DNA of 64,000 nt. It comes from Felis catus. Lineage: Eukaryota. The stretch lies in the NCBI RefSeq assembly GCF_018350175.1, contig NC_058368.1, positions 25,918,001-25,982,000 of the forward strand. Direction: 5' to 3'. Shown piece by piece: positions 11,828 to 23,699 of the stretch; the first letter of the stretch is position 1; every line of letters starts with the position of its first letter. Below the pieces are notes generated by a model. That model was not told where the DNA came from. It was given only the letters and a program-made list of their open reading frames with translations, and made no database searches. The translations under genes were made by a program, and so were the position numbers.

Positions 11828-13149
11828 GTAAATGACTGTTCTTTACATTGTAATCTTTGTGTTTTTCTCAGATGATGAAGACAGAGCCACTGGGTCTGTG
11901 TGTGGGTTCACGATGCGTGTTTTTTAAGGTCACCAACAACATTTGCTCCCTGACGACTCAACTGTGTATCTTAACTTTGAAGCTTCATTTCACATATAGC
12001 TGACGTCTGGTAAATGTGTAGAATAGTTACACTTTTCAAAACTGCTTAAAATAAAAGAATCTAGATTTAACTGATTGGCAAGGAAATATGTATTGAGGTG
12101 TGCTGACATTGTTAAAGTTTTCATTGAAAGCACAGATAAATGCAGTGGCAGACTAAAGGGAGAAAGAGGTTTTTATGCATTTATTTTGTGCGTTATTGAC
12201 TTTATTCTCAGCGTGATATGCTGAAAAATCTTATTTCTTCAACAAATTTTAAAAGAGGAAGCATCACATCTTCTGATTCTAAGTAATGGACATGAAGCTA
12301 TTCATTGACCCAGGACTTTCATGCTAAGAGTGATAGAAAATATTCCAAATTTTTTACTAGAGTTGTAGAACTGTTGACATTGTTGAACTGTTGTGTGAAA
12401 GTCTGTTTTTGCTCCGTCAGGTAAGTGCTTATGCTGTAGCTAAAGTGTTCTGTGCCTGCACTCTTTGAGGTGTTACATGTAGACACTGTTGCTTCTTCTT
12501 AAAATTGATGTGAAATGTAAATTTCAGTGTTTATATAAATTGCATTTTCAAAATCTTACCTTATAAGTAGTAAATTAAATCCTCTCTCCACTGAACATTT
12601 GTTCCTCTGTGATGTTTCTAGACTACACTAATGACATCAGAAAAGAAATTGAGTGATCTTCCTCTTTTCTACAAATCACATATGATTCCTTGGTTATGTG
12701 TTTCTTCTAAAAATCAGGGATTTTTAGATTTCTTTTGATTACAATAAGCACAAAAATGAAAAGTTGTAACATTCCAGGAATGTTGGGATTTTTTACTGCT
12801 GGTTTCATTATTACTGTATTTATATATCTGCTTATCAGTTTCTATACTGTTTGTAGGTTTGGTTTTAGGAGGGTCCTCTTTGACAGGATTTGTAGATTAA
12901 AGAATTGCAGACTTTTAAACCTATATTTCCTGTCCTTTGTTAGATACTCCTAGAGAGGACCCCAAATGTGAGCATTGGTGCTGTTTAAAAAGCTAGATAG
13001 TCTTGGTATAAGTTAAAAGGAAATGTTCCTGCATTATTTTTTAACAAATAATTTAAATATAATAATATTTTAGATTGTATTTCTTGGATATATTTTATTG
13101 ACCAGCTAATCATTTTATTGTTTTTGTTTTGTTTTGTTTTTTGTTTTAG

Positions 13150-13266
13150 CTTTTAGCTCCAGACATTCGACATGAAAGAAATGTTATTTTGCAGTGTGTT
13201 CGGTACATCATCAAAAATGACTTTTTTGGACTTAATACTAATTCTGCAAAAACTAAAGATGTATAG
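13150..13266 (+). CDS. NUFIP1: NUFIP1 last coding exon (ZNHIT3/Hit1-binding C-terminus)
   Basis: T-rich tract then TTTTAG| (13149). Translates LLAPDIRHERNVILQCVRYIIKNDFFGLNTNSAKTKDV-TAG, the conserved NUFIP1/Rsa1 C-terminus. Too short for the ORF track. Confidence 0.96.
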   Translation, partial: LLAPDIRHERNVILQCVRYIIKNDFFGLNTNSAKTKDV

Positions 13267-13407
13267 GTACCTGATGTTTCAGCGCTCATGTAACTCCTAA
13301 AGTTAGTAGAGGAAAACATTTTTAAAAGAAGACTGGATTAATAATTAAATTGTCAGCCTCATGGGATATTATGTTGGATTTTTAATTCTTTCCTTTGAAT
13401 CTATGCA

Positions 13408-13458
13408 AATAAATACATAACTGATTTTTAAGAGTGTGTCTGTATTGTTGGGGTTGTG
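13408..13458 (+). terminator. Proximal polyadenylation signal of NUFIP1
   Basis: AATAAA at 13408-13413 followed about 20 nt later by a GT-rich element (GAGTGTGTCTGTATTGTTGGGGTTGTG). Further AATAAA at 14090 and 14879. Confidence 0.65.
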
Positions 13459-15200
13459 CATAATAATTGCTGGCAGAATTCTACTTTTTATTTTTATTTA
13501 TTTGTATGTATTGCTGTCATATAAGGTAGTTTGCTCTTGGACCAGTTAAGAATGGAAGATACTGGTTTAGTAGTGGAGAAAAAAGCTTTAAAAATGTTGA
13601 ATTCAGCTGAGCCAAGCTGTAGGTTAGGGAGAGAAATACAGTCATTTTGCTTTTAATGCAGGAGAGCAAGAATCATTCTTTAACTATAGCAAGGGGGATT
13701 ATTTTAAAAATAAGCCCTATCAATTAATTCAACTCGAAAGTCTTGAAATTTAAAATTTCCCTCTTTATTTCAAAGGACATTTTGAAATTCACCTACTGGC
13801 ACTACTTAAGTAATTCAAGTATATTAATTAATGTTCAAGTTTGGTATATTAATATAGATATGTCCTCCATGTGTGTTTGGAGTCACTGAAAGTACTTCTT
13901 TTTGGTATAGTTCAGAATTGTACCTTTTTAATTTTTCTGTTGAAAACTATGTAAAGCATGGTACTGGATGAGGTCCAACTAATTTATGGCCAAAACAGTA
14001 GTTTGTGAAATAACGGAAAGCCTCAGTTTTAAGATTTAATTAAAATTCGTCCTATGAACATATTAATTGAACCCTTTTAAAATGTCTTAAATAAATAGAT
14101 CTTTTTGAGCCCTGTCCTACCAGAGATTTTGATTTTATGTTGTAGTCACCTGTGCTAGCTAGAGCAGGAACTTTCCCTTTTTGACTGGGTTTTTAAAAAT
14201 CAGTCTGTTGTAGTTGAAAAACTGATTTTATCTGACATGGTGATTATGGAAGTCGATGAATCTTGCCTGCAAGAAAAAGGCAAGAAAGCTGATGGGAGCC
14301 TTGAAGGAAGACCTCATCTTATCCAGCATCCTGGAACACCTGGCATGTAACATTATTTGATTACAGAGCTGAGATTAAAATTCATATTAGGTCTGTGTTT
14401 CCCAACTTTGTAACCACTGTATAGACCGTTTTAGTCTCTTTTATTCTCCTCTTCCAGTGAATCCAGTGCTTTAGAAAATCATCTGTCCAGTACATTACTT
14501 AATTCAGGTTATACAGTACTGTTGAGTGCTTGCTTATGTGCCACCACTATACATGGATTAAAGGTATCAACATGAACGAGGCCTTGCCTGACTTTAAGGA
14601 ACTCAGTTTAATTTTTGTATTAGTCATAGTTGTGACTCTTAACCCGTCCTCTCATCGTGATGAAGTAACCAGGGTTACAAATGGGGTTGATGTTGTAAAA
14701 CATGACTTAGTCTGCAGTTTTATCACAGGTTGGCATGCACATTCCATAGGCTGTAAGTACATAAATGATTCCAGACTCCAGGGCTACTTTCACAGACCCC
14801 TGGGTCTCCAGGGATGTGCACAACCGCTGCCTTAAAGTGTATCGTGCAACGTTTGATTTTCAATTTCTCTTGTTTTCTAATAAATGTATTTAAGACTGAA
14901 AATGCTCTTCTGAGTACTGCCTTGACTGTGTCTGGCAGTCTTGAGCTCTGGTGACTGCTGTTTATTTCTAGTGGGTAATTTCAGATTCAGTTACCTTTAT
15001 ACTTAACCCAGGAATTATTCAAGTGCGTTTAAAATTTCCAGGCACCTAGAATACAGCCCATACTGCTTCTCCTTCATGGAATACATGGTCAATATTTGTA
15101 AATGTTCCGTGAGCTTTTTTGAGGGGAGGGGTGCCTGTTCTTGGATAGAAGGAGTTTTGGATTTAGCTTGTTAATTGCTCATACAGTCTACAATTCTCTC

Positions 15201-15424
15201 TCTCTTTTTTAAAAAAAAATTTTAATGTTCATTTATTTTTGAGTGACAGAGAGAGACAGAGCATGAGCATGAAGGGCAGAGAGAGAGGGAGACGCAGAAT
15301 CCGAAGCAGGCTCCAGGCTCTGAGCTGTCAGCACAGAGCCAGACGTGGGGCTCAAACTCCTAGACTGTGAGATCATGATCTGAGCTGAAGTCGGATGTTT
15401 AACTGACTGCGCCACTCAGGCACC
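15201..15424 (-). mobile_element. Can-SINE
   Basis: Degenerate TSD TCTACAATTCTCTC / TCTACATTCCTCTC. Confidence 0.92.
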
Positions 15425-16602
15425 TCTACATTCCTCTCCTATTCATATAGTAAATTGATTTCTGAGATGTGAAAGCATTCTATGATGATTCTTGCTGAGT
15501 TGTGCCTTTTATAAGTATGCAGTGCTCTTTTTTTGTCCTCAGTCCTGCACTGGCTTCTATTTTCCCTAATTACTCTAGTCAAAACAGCTTTTTGGGAGTT
15601 CAGTCTAATAGTCTCTGGGGAATTTAATCCATTTAATGGAAATTGTTGAAATGTTTGGACTGTCCCTGCCATTTTATTTCAGCTTTTCAGTGGCACGATT
15701 GAGTGTTGTTTTTTTTCTCTTCGTTTTTCTTTCTAGTGCTTTGGAAATAATTAACCATATTGCTGTTCCTTTAGTGGTTACCCTTTTCTCTGTGTTTGCA
15801 GTTACACTGGCCATGTCCTCCACCCCTCTCCCTTAGCATTCTTGCACTTGCCCACCTGGACCTTTTCTCCTGGTGTGATCGTGTATTTGTTTCAGATTAC
15901 TCTCCATTATCTTGGTGTGTGTGTTTGTGTGTGTTTAACAGTATGCGTCGTTATTTAGACAACTAAGTTTTATTGTGTCCTTTTCACTGCTTTTTCTTGC
16001 ATCCCAGGGTGAGGTTTTTGGGGTACTGAAGCATATCTTCAGGTCATTAAACGTTGAATCCTCCATTTGAATTTTTTTAAAATTGAGTTTAGGGTGTTAG
16101 GTTCAACATCATTTCCCTTGAGAATTGTAAAGCCTTAACATGATTGTTTGCTAGCACCTAGTATTGCTGATTTAAAACCCAGACACCAATCTGATTCTCT
16201 CACCTTCTCTTTTTATTTATTGGTAGAAACCTGCTTTTCTGTCACTGAAAAACTTTTAGGATTTTCTTTTCACGGTTTGAGTCCTAAAATTTCACCCTTA
16301 TGTGTCTGGGTATGTGGAACATTTCCCATACCCCATGGTCCTTTCACTTTGCAGAATTGGACCATTCTTGCACTGAGGGCAGCTTCTAGAAAGACATCTT
16401 TAATGACTTTCTTTCCATTTTATCTGTTTTATTTTTCTGCACCTCTTACTGGGTAACTGTGGGACCTCCTGCCTTCATCTTCTGTCATTGGACATTTATA
16501 TTTTGTCTTGGTCTTTTTGCTCCATTCTGGAAGACTTCTTCAGATGTTATTTTCCAGATCACTGATTCTCTCTTCAGGTGTGTCCGTGACATTAGTATTT
16601 TT

Positions 16603-16824
16603 TTTTTTTAATTTTTTTTTCAATGTTTATTTATTTCTGGGACAGAGAGAGACAGAGTATGAACGGGGGAGGGGCAGAGAGAGAGGGAGACACAGAATCG
16701 GAAACGGGCTCCAGGCTCTGAGCCATCAGCCCAGAGCCTGGCGCGGGGCTCAAACTCACGGACTGCGAGATCGTGACCTGGCTCAAGTCGGACGCTCAAC
16801 CGACTGCGCCACCCAGGCGCCCCA
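16603..16824 (-). mobile_element. Young SINEC_Fc
   Basis: TSD TGACATTAGTATTTTT (16587-16602 / 16825-16840). Confidence 0.95.
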
Positions 16825-17526
16825 TGACATTAGTATTTTAACTTTTCTATTTCATCTTAAGTTTAGTAATTTGTTTTTAAATATTCAAGATTTCTTGTTC
16901 TAATTGCTTTTTTCATAGCTGGAGTACCCTTCTGTTTCTGAGGATAGCAATTGGAATTTTCACTTTATTTTCTATTCCTCTAATTACTTTTGTTCCTACT
17001 GCCAACTTTTAATTTGTTCAGTTTATTAATTATCTTTACCACTATTTGTTGTCTTTAAAGGATCACTCTTACATATGAAAGATTTACTTGATGAATGTAT
17101 TGGTAGTTGGGTGTGGACTTTCCCCACATTGGTATAAGCCTTCTTGTCTCCAAAAGACTTTTGACCTAGAAAGGGGGGCTTGTTCATGCAGACTTTTTAG
17201 AATACATGGATGGGGAATGGGCAGGAGATCTAGGTTCTTGTCCCATCATCACCCCCGTCTCTTTGCCAAAATATACCGGGCTTTCTTCTGAGGATATAGC
17301 TCTTCTATGTGGGGCAGAGCTCTCACACTGTACCCACCACTTGGTTTTGGAGGTGGGCAAGGTTAGGACTTGACAGTTGCAGCTAGCTGGAGGCCTCCAC
17401 CTTCTGTCCCTTGTTGACTCAGCTTAGAGTATCCTTGGAATTGCTTTTACCTTTTCTGTTGGTGTCTCCAGGGCTGATTTGGGCTGAGGCTCTCCACTCT
17501 TGTTTTTTGTCAGTCTGATCAGCTTT

Positions 17527-20308
17527 ATAGTGGCTCTCAAACTTCAGTGGGCATCCAGATTGCAGGTCCCCACCTCTGAAGATTATAATTAAGGAGGTTG
17601 GGATGTGGCCTGTGAATTTGCATTTCTCCCTCCCCCCTTTATGTATTTTTTAAATTTACATCGTTAGCATATAGTGCAACAATGATTTCAGGGGTAGATT
17701 CCTTAATGCCCCTTACCCATTTAGCCCAACCCCCCTCCCACAACCCCTCCAGTAACCCTCTGTTTGTTCTCCATATTTAAGAGTCTCTTATGTTTTGTCC
17801 CCCTCCCTGTTTTTCTATTATTTTTGCTTCCCTTCCCTTGTGTGCATCTGTTCTGTGTCTTAAAGTCCTCATATGAGTGAAGTCATATGATATTTGTCTT
17901 TCTCTGACTGATTTCACTTAGCATAATACCCTCTGGTTCCATTCACATGGTTGCAAATGGCAAGATTTCATTCTTTTTGATTGCTGAGTAATACTCCATC
18001 GTATATATATACACCACATTTTCTTTATCCGTTCATCCATTGATGGACATTTGGGCTCTTTCCATACCTTGGCTATTGCTGATAGTGCTGCTATAAACAG
18101 TGGGGTGCATGTGCCCCTTCGAAACAGCACACCTGTATCCCTTGGATAAATGCATAGTAGTGTAACTGCTGGGTCGTAGGGTAGTTCTATTTTTAATTTT
18201 TTGAGGAACCTCCATACTGTTTTCCAGAGTGATGGTCAGTTTTTGTTGAATCTAATGGGAGTCCTCTGTGCTTCTTGGATTTTGATGTCTGTGTCTTTCC
18301 CCAGGTTAGGAAAGTTTTCCGCTATGATTTGCTCACATAACCCTTCTACCCCTTTTTCTCTCTCTTCATCTTCTGGAACTCCTATGATTCTGATGTTGTT
18401 CCTTTTTAATGAGTTGCTGATTTCTCTAATTCTTAAATCGTGCTCTTTTGCCTTAATCTCCCTCTTTTTTCCTGCCTCATTATTCTCCATAAGTTTGTCT
18501 TCTGTATTGCTCATTTGCTGCTCTGCCTTATCCATCCTTGCCGTGGCATCCATTTGAGATTGGAGCTCAGTTACAGCATTTTTTATTTCATCCTGACTAG
18601 CTTTTACTTCTTTTATCTCTGCAGAAAGGGATTCTAATGTATTTTCAACCCCAGCTGGTATTCTTAATATCGTGATTGTAAATTCTGGTTCAGACGTCTT
18701 GCTGGCTTGCTTAAGTCCCTGGCTGTTGTTTCTTCCTGCTCTTTCTTTTGGGGGGAATTCCTTCATTTCATCATTTTGAAGGGAGAAAAGGAATAAGGTA
18801 AAAAAAAAAAAACCTAAAATTAAGAAATGTTTAAAAATCAAATAAATGATGCTAGATCCTAGGTGTATTTTGGTCTGGTTGTTGAAAGGAGCTCGATAGA
18901 TTAGAGAAAAAAGGGAAAGATAAGAAAAAAAAAGTTTGAAAATTTGAAAAAATGAATACAATGAAATAGAACAAAATGAAAAGATGGAAGTAAAATAGAG
19001 TTTGGAAAATTTACAAAATAAAAAATATAGTAAAAAATTAAAAAATATTTTTAATAATTGAAAATAAAAATAAATTTTTTCTTTCTGTATTCAAGAAAAA
19101 GAAAAAAAAATTGAATAGATGGACCAGCAAACAGACTGAAATGTAATTGAAATTACATCGTTTTCCCCTAGAGGTCAAACTATGAAGCACGTTATAGTCT
19201 GTAAACTAAGCAGGCAGAGAGACTTGCGGTGTTCCTGAAGAGCGAGGGTGGCCCAGTTGGGCGGGGCTTAGTGTAATGGCTCCATTCTCCACTAGGTGGC
19301 GCTGCTTAGCTTATTGAGGTGGATTGTTGCGGCGCTTGTCGGTCCCTATGCGCGCGCGCCGAGGGAAAATGGCGTGACCCAACTACCCAGTCTCTAGTAT
19401 GGGAACTCTGTTCTCTGGGCTCAGCCATCCGCACCCGTCCTTTGGCTCCGGCTTCCATCCACTCCCCGCCTTTACACTGTCTGTGGCCCAGCCGTCAGGC
19501 TGCCAGGCGGCACCTCCCTCCTGAGCTTTATCTCCCATGCGGCCGTTTCCCGACCCCTCACTTCTGAGGGACTGTGGCTTTGACCTGCTCAGACCTTCTG
19601 GGGGAGGGTCTCACCAAGCAACCGGCCGGGTGCCGGCTGTACCCAGGAACATTTTGCAGGACGTGTGGCACGGCCTCTACCAGATGTCCTCCCAAGCAGG
19701 TGAACCGCCTCTGCCCGTGGCCTGAGAACCCTTGAACTTCACTCTGCTCCTGGGGATTCGCTCTTCCCACCAGAGCTCCACCAGGTAAAGAGCTGCAGAG
19801 TTTCAGCCTCTGCGCTCCCCCTGTTTATAGAGTCTTAGTGGAGTTTAAACCCTCTCCTTTCTCCGTTTTTTGTTCAGTCCCTGCGGCTGAAGTTTCCACT
19901 TTTCCACTTTCTCTCCAGCTGCCTTTGTGTGTGTGTGGGGGGGGGGGGGTTGCTTTTCCCGTACTCTCCACCCCCCCCCCACCCGTCTCCCTCCTCTCTC
20001 CACAAGCAAAAACAGTTCCCTGACCTCCGTGGCTTCACTCTCCCCCAGTTCACCTCTCCGCGCCATGTACCTGCTGAGTTCTGTGGTTCACGTTGTGCAG
20101 GTTGTTGTGTTAATCCTCGAATCAGTTTTCTAGGTGTGCAGGATGGTTTAGTGTTGATCTGGCTGTATTTCAGGGACTGGAGCTGCAAAAAAGACTTCTA
20201 TGCTGTTCCGCCATTTGGGCCCCTCCCCTCTGAATTTGCATTTCTAAAAACTAGTTTATAGGCGATGCTGATGAGGTTTGTCTGGAGGACCACATTTGAG
20301 GATCATTT
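17527..20308. mobile_element. MER5-like hAT-Charlie element split by the L1 (halves ~17527-17627 and ~20231-20308)
   Basis: AGTGGCTCTCAAACTT…GAATTTGCATTTCT|AA…GATGCTGATG…GACCACATTTGAG resembles MER5A. Confidence 0.65.
17628..20230 (-). mobile_element. Carnivore L1 with both termini but a large internal deletion
   Basis: Perfect 15-bp TSD TGAATTTGCATTTCT (17613-17627 / 20231-20245). 5' end GAGGGGAGGGGCCCAAATGGCGG, GC-rich 5' UTR, decayed ORF1 from 18774 (…LKRNNIRIIGVPE…IIAENFPNLGK…), joined near 18230 to the ORF2 C-terminus (…CTPLFIAALSAIAKVWKEPKCPS…) and 3' UTR. Confidence 0.92.
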
Positions 20309-20811
20309 TGCGGAACTTAGGAGTTTCTCAAAACCCCTGGCACCCCAATATTACCGTCTATCTTGTATTCCTTCCCTGTTGTAAATCTCCAGTTCTTTTT
20401 AAAAATACCATCTCAAGGAATTTGGAGCATGAGGAGAGGGCTAGTCCACGGCTTTAACCTAGACTTTTAACTTAATTTCTTCATTCGTTGTGTTCCTCAG
20501 TTTTAGAGTAAGCATCTTTATTTAAAAATTCTTCTTCTTTTTATGGCTTTTTAAAAAGCATTTTATTTTGGAAAATGTCAAACATGTAAAAGTATAGAGA
20601 GTAATGTAATGACACCCCTCTTCCCAGCTGTCGTGCAGCTTCAATACTTTATCAGTCTGTGGCCAATCTTCTTTTCATCCGTACCTCACTCATTCCTCCC
20701 CACCCTGCCAGAAATTATTTTGCAGCAAATGCCCAGGCATCTTATTTTTATTCATATGTATTTCAGTATGTATCTCTAGAAGGTAAAGACTTAACCCCCC
20801 CCATATCTTTA

Positions 20812-20995
20812 TTTTTTTTTAAGTTTGTTTGTTTATAGAGTATGAGTGGGGGGGGGGCAGAGAGAGAGGGAGAATCTCGAGCAGTTTCTGTGCATGCAGA
20901 GCCCTATGTGGAGCTCGAACTCACAAAACTGAGATCATGACCTGAGCCGAAACCGAGTGGGACACTCAACTGACTGGGCCACTCAGGTGCCCTCT
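20812..20995 (-). mobile_element. Can-SINE
   Basis: TSD CCCCCATATCTTTA / CCCCCATGTCTTTA. Confidence 0.88.
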
Positions 20996-21087
20996 CCCCC
21001 ATGTCTTTAAAATCAATAATTCCTTAATAATAATCGACTGCCCAGTCAGATGAATTTTCTATAACTTGTTAAGATAACATAGTTGAG

Positions 21088-21268
21088 GCGCCCCTGGGGG
21101 GCTCAGTTAGTTAAGCCTCTGACTCTTGATTTTGGCTCATGTCATGATCTCATGAGTCGTGAGTTAGAGCCCCACATCTGACAGTGTGGATCCTGCTTGG
21201 GATTCTCGCTCTCCCCCTCTCTTTCTCTTTCTCTCTCAAAATAAATAAACTGAAAAATAAATTTAAAA
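21088..21268 (+). mobile_element. Can-SINE
   Basis: 17-bp TSD AAGATAACATAGTTGAG (21071-21087 / 21269-21285). Confidence 0.92.
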
Positions 21269-22066
21269 AAGATAACATAGTTGAGATTGTTCTGTATATT
21301 TCATTTTGTATCTTATTGCAAGTGCGGTAGAGCTCGGCGTTACTATTGCTCCCAGGGGAGAGGAAGATAGGAAAGTCCTGCTGAAGGTACAGACCAGGGC
21401 AGGGGGGTTTTGCCACGTATTTAATAAGCATTTGAAAGTTGTCCTGTGGACGGACTTTTTCTGGTAACTATTTCCCTGATACGCAAGGCTGCAATGGACT
21501 GAATGGTCATTCTGGGAGAGGAGAAGCCACTTCAACTGTGATGGAAGCGGGAGCTTCAGAGGGCGAACTTGTTCCAGAACCTTCTCAGAGGGCAGACTTG
21601 TTCTAGAACCTTCTCCTGTTAGCATAGCTGGAGGCTTCTTGGGAGTGGCGTAGGAAACGATGATTATTTCAAAATTGAGAGAGGAGAAAATCAGTACATG
21701 TGAGTATATGGAGGAGTAAAGAAGACAGATATTAAGAGCATATGGAAAAAAAAAAGCCTGAAAAAAAAGACCCTAGATTGAAATTTCTGTTCTTTACAGC
21801 TGTTGCCCTAGACTATGCCCTGCCATGCAGTGCATCCTATGAAACACCAGCTGTAGCTGGTGTTTGGAACACTTTCTCAGTCTTCTATTGATCTTCTGTA
21901 CCGGCTGATTTAAATGTCTCTTTGTACACCCCAAGGACAACCTACAGTGTCCACTTGAGAACTTTTCTTAGGGGGTGTGGTTTCCAATTAGTGGTTTCTG
22001 GCAGTCTTTGTCTCTGGCTATTGGAGGACAATGCCACCATCTCCTGGGTCAAATATTTGCAGTTTA

Positions 22067-22067
<1 letters not shown>

Positions 22068-22114
<47 letters not shown>

Positions 22115-22211
22115 ACATATATATACATATATATACATATATGTGTGTATATGTATATATATATGATATATGTATATACATATATATGTATATATATATG
22201 TATATATATAT
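22068..22211. repeat. Compound (TA)n/(TATG) microsatellite
   Basis: Directly visible; explains the YI-rich spurious ORFs. Confidence 0.97.
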
Positions 22212-22777
22212 TTTAATGTTTTTATTTAATTTGTACAACTAAACTAGAGGCTTTATTTGGATTTCGCCAGTTTTCCATCATGTCCTTTTTGATGATTCAG
22301 TTTGGGATACCACACTGCATTTAGTCACTATGTCTCTTGGTTACCTTGTTTTTCATTTTTTTTTTTTTAATGACAAAAGTGATATGCTCATTGTAAAAAT
22401 TCAAATAATCTAGTAGTATATAAAATTTTAAAAATGAGGTTTGTTTTGCCCTATACTATTCTCTTACTACCCAGAGGTACCACCGTTACCAGTTTGGTGT
22501 ATATTTCCAGACTTTTTTAAGTTACACATATTTACAAATATCTAAATATGCTCATATAAATTGTTTTTAAATAGGAAAAACATCATAGATCTTGCTTTGC
22601 AAATTTTTTCACTTGGCAGTGTGTTATGAATGTTTGTGCATACATATGTAAATATATGCATTATGCATATATATGCTTTCACTTTTTAAATCGTTCCTCT
22701 GTGAGGAAACTTGTTTCCAATTTGTCTCTAATGTTAATGAGACTACAGTGAACACTGCTGAATTTACAGGGATTCAC

Positions 22778-22780
<3 letters not shown>

Positions 22781-22824
<44 letters not shown>
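22781..22824. repeat. (GT)22 microsatellite
   Basis: Directly visible. Confidence 0.98.
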
Positions 22825-22825
<1 letters not shown>

Positions 22826-22984
22826 TATGAATATTTCTGTAGGAGTCTTGGGCTCAAAGGTCAAATTGCCTTTAAAAGGCTGTTTATCAGATTACATTCT
22901 TATTAAAAATATGGTTAGAAAACATATCAAAACTTGAAAGAAGGAAAATAGATTACTGCATCCTCTTTCAGTGTCACACAAAGG

Positions 22985-23699
22985 CATTGGTTCTCAAAGT
23001 GTGGCATCAGACCTCTGGGAGTGTCCAAGACCCTTTTGAGGGTGTGTGAAATGGAAACTGTTTTCATAATTCTAGGACATTAGTTGCCTTTACCATGCTC
23101 ATTCTTTTATGAATGTGTAGAGTTTTCCAAAGCTATATGATATGTGATGCTGTCTGGGAGGTGTCCTGGGAGTATGTTATGTGATGCATACTGGGAGGTG
23201 TCCTTGGCAATTCTTGTGTTGTCTAGAATTTTCTAAAGTGGTAGTTTGAGAATAAACATACATGAGTTTTTAGAGCTTAACTCAGGTTGTTCTCAGTACT
23301 CTTACTAAGCTGTCTTTGGTTATGCCTGTTAATAGTCTTTGTAACCTTGTAATTATTGAATTAATGCCATCAATAAATTGTTATTTTGAAATGCTAATGA
23401 TTTGGAAAACTTTAAAAATGATGCCACTCAGCTCACTCATAGTTGTTTTGCAGTAGAAAATAGAGATTAAAAAATGTTATTTATGTTAGTATGTAGTTTA
23501 TTGTTTTTAATTGAATTAATGTTTAAATTTTAATTTCTAATGCTATGTTTATTAATAAATATAACCCATTTATATATGTTTAAATTTTAATTTCTAATGC
23601 ATATAGCATTATATCAATAAATATAAACCCATATTGGAGATCTTAATTATTTTTAAAAGTGTGAAGGAGTCCTTGGACCAAATGTTTGGGAAGTCACTG
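22985..23699. mobile_element. hAT-Charlie non-autonomous DNA transposon
   Basis: Imperfect terminal inverted repeats CATTGGTTCTCAAA … TTTGGGAAGTCACTG. Confidence 0.6.

Noticed and set aside
18236..18961. 241-aa minus-strand ORF
   Set aside because: Decayed L1 ORF1 fused to 5' UTR sequence; the native start is followed by a stop at codon 4 and a frameshift.
21922..22906. YI- and CV-repeat ORFs
   Set aside because: Microsatellite translations.
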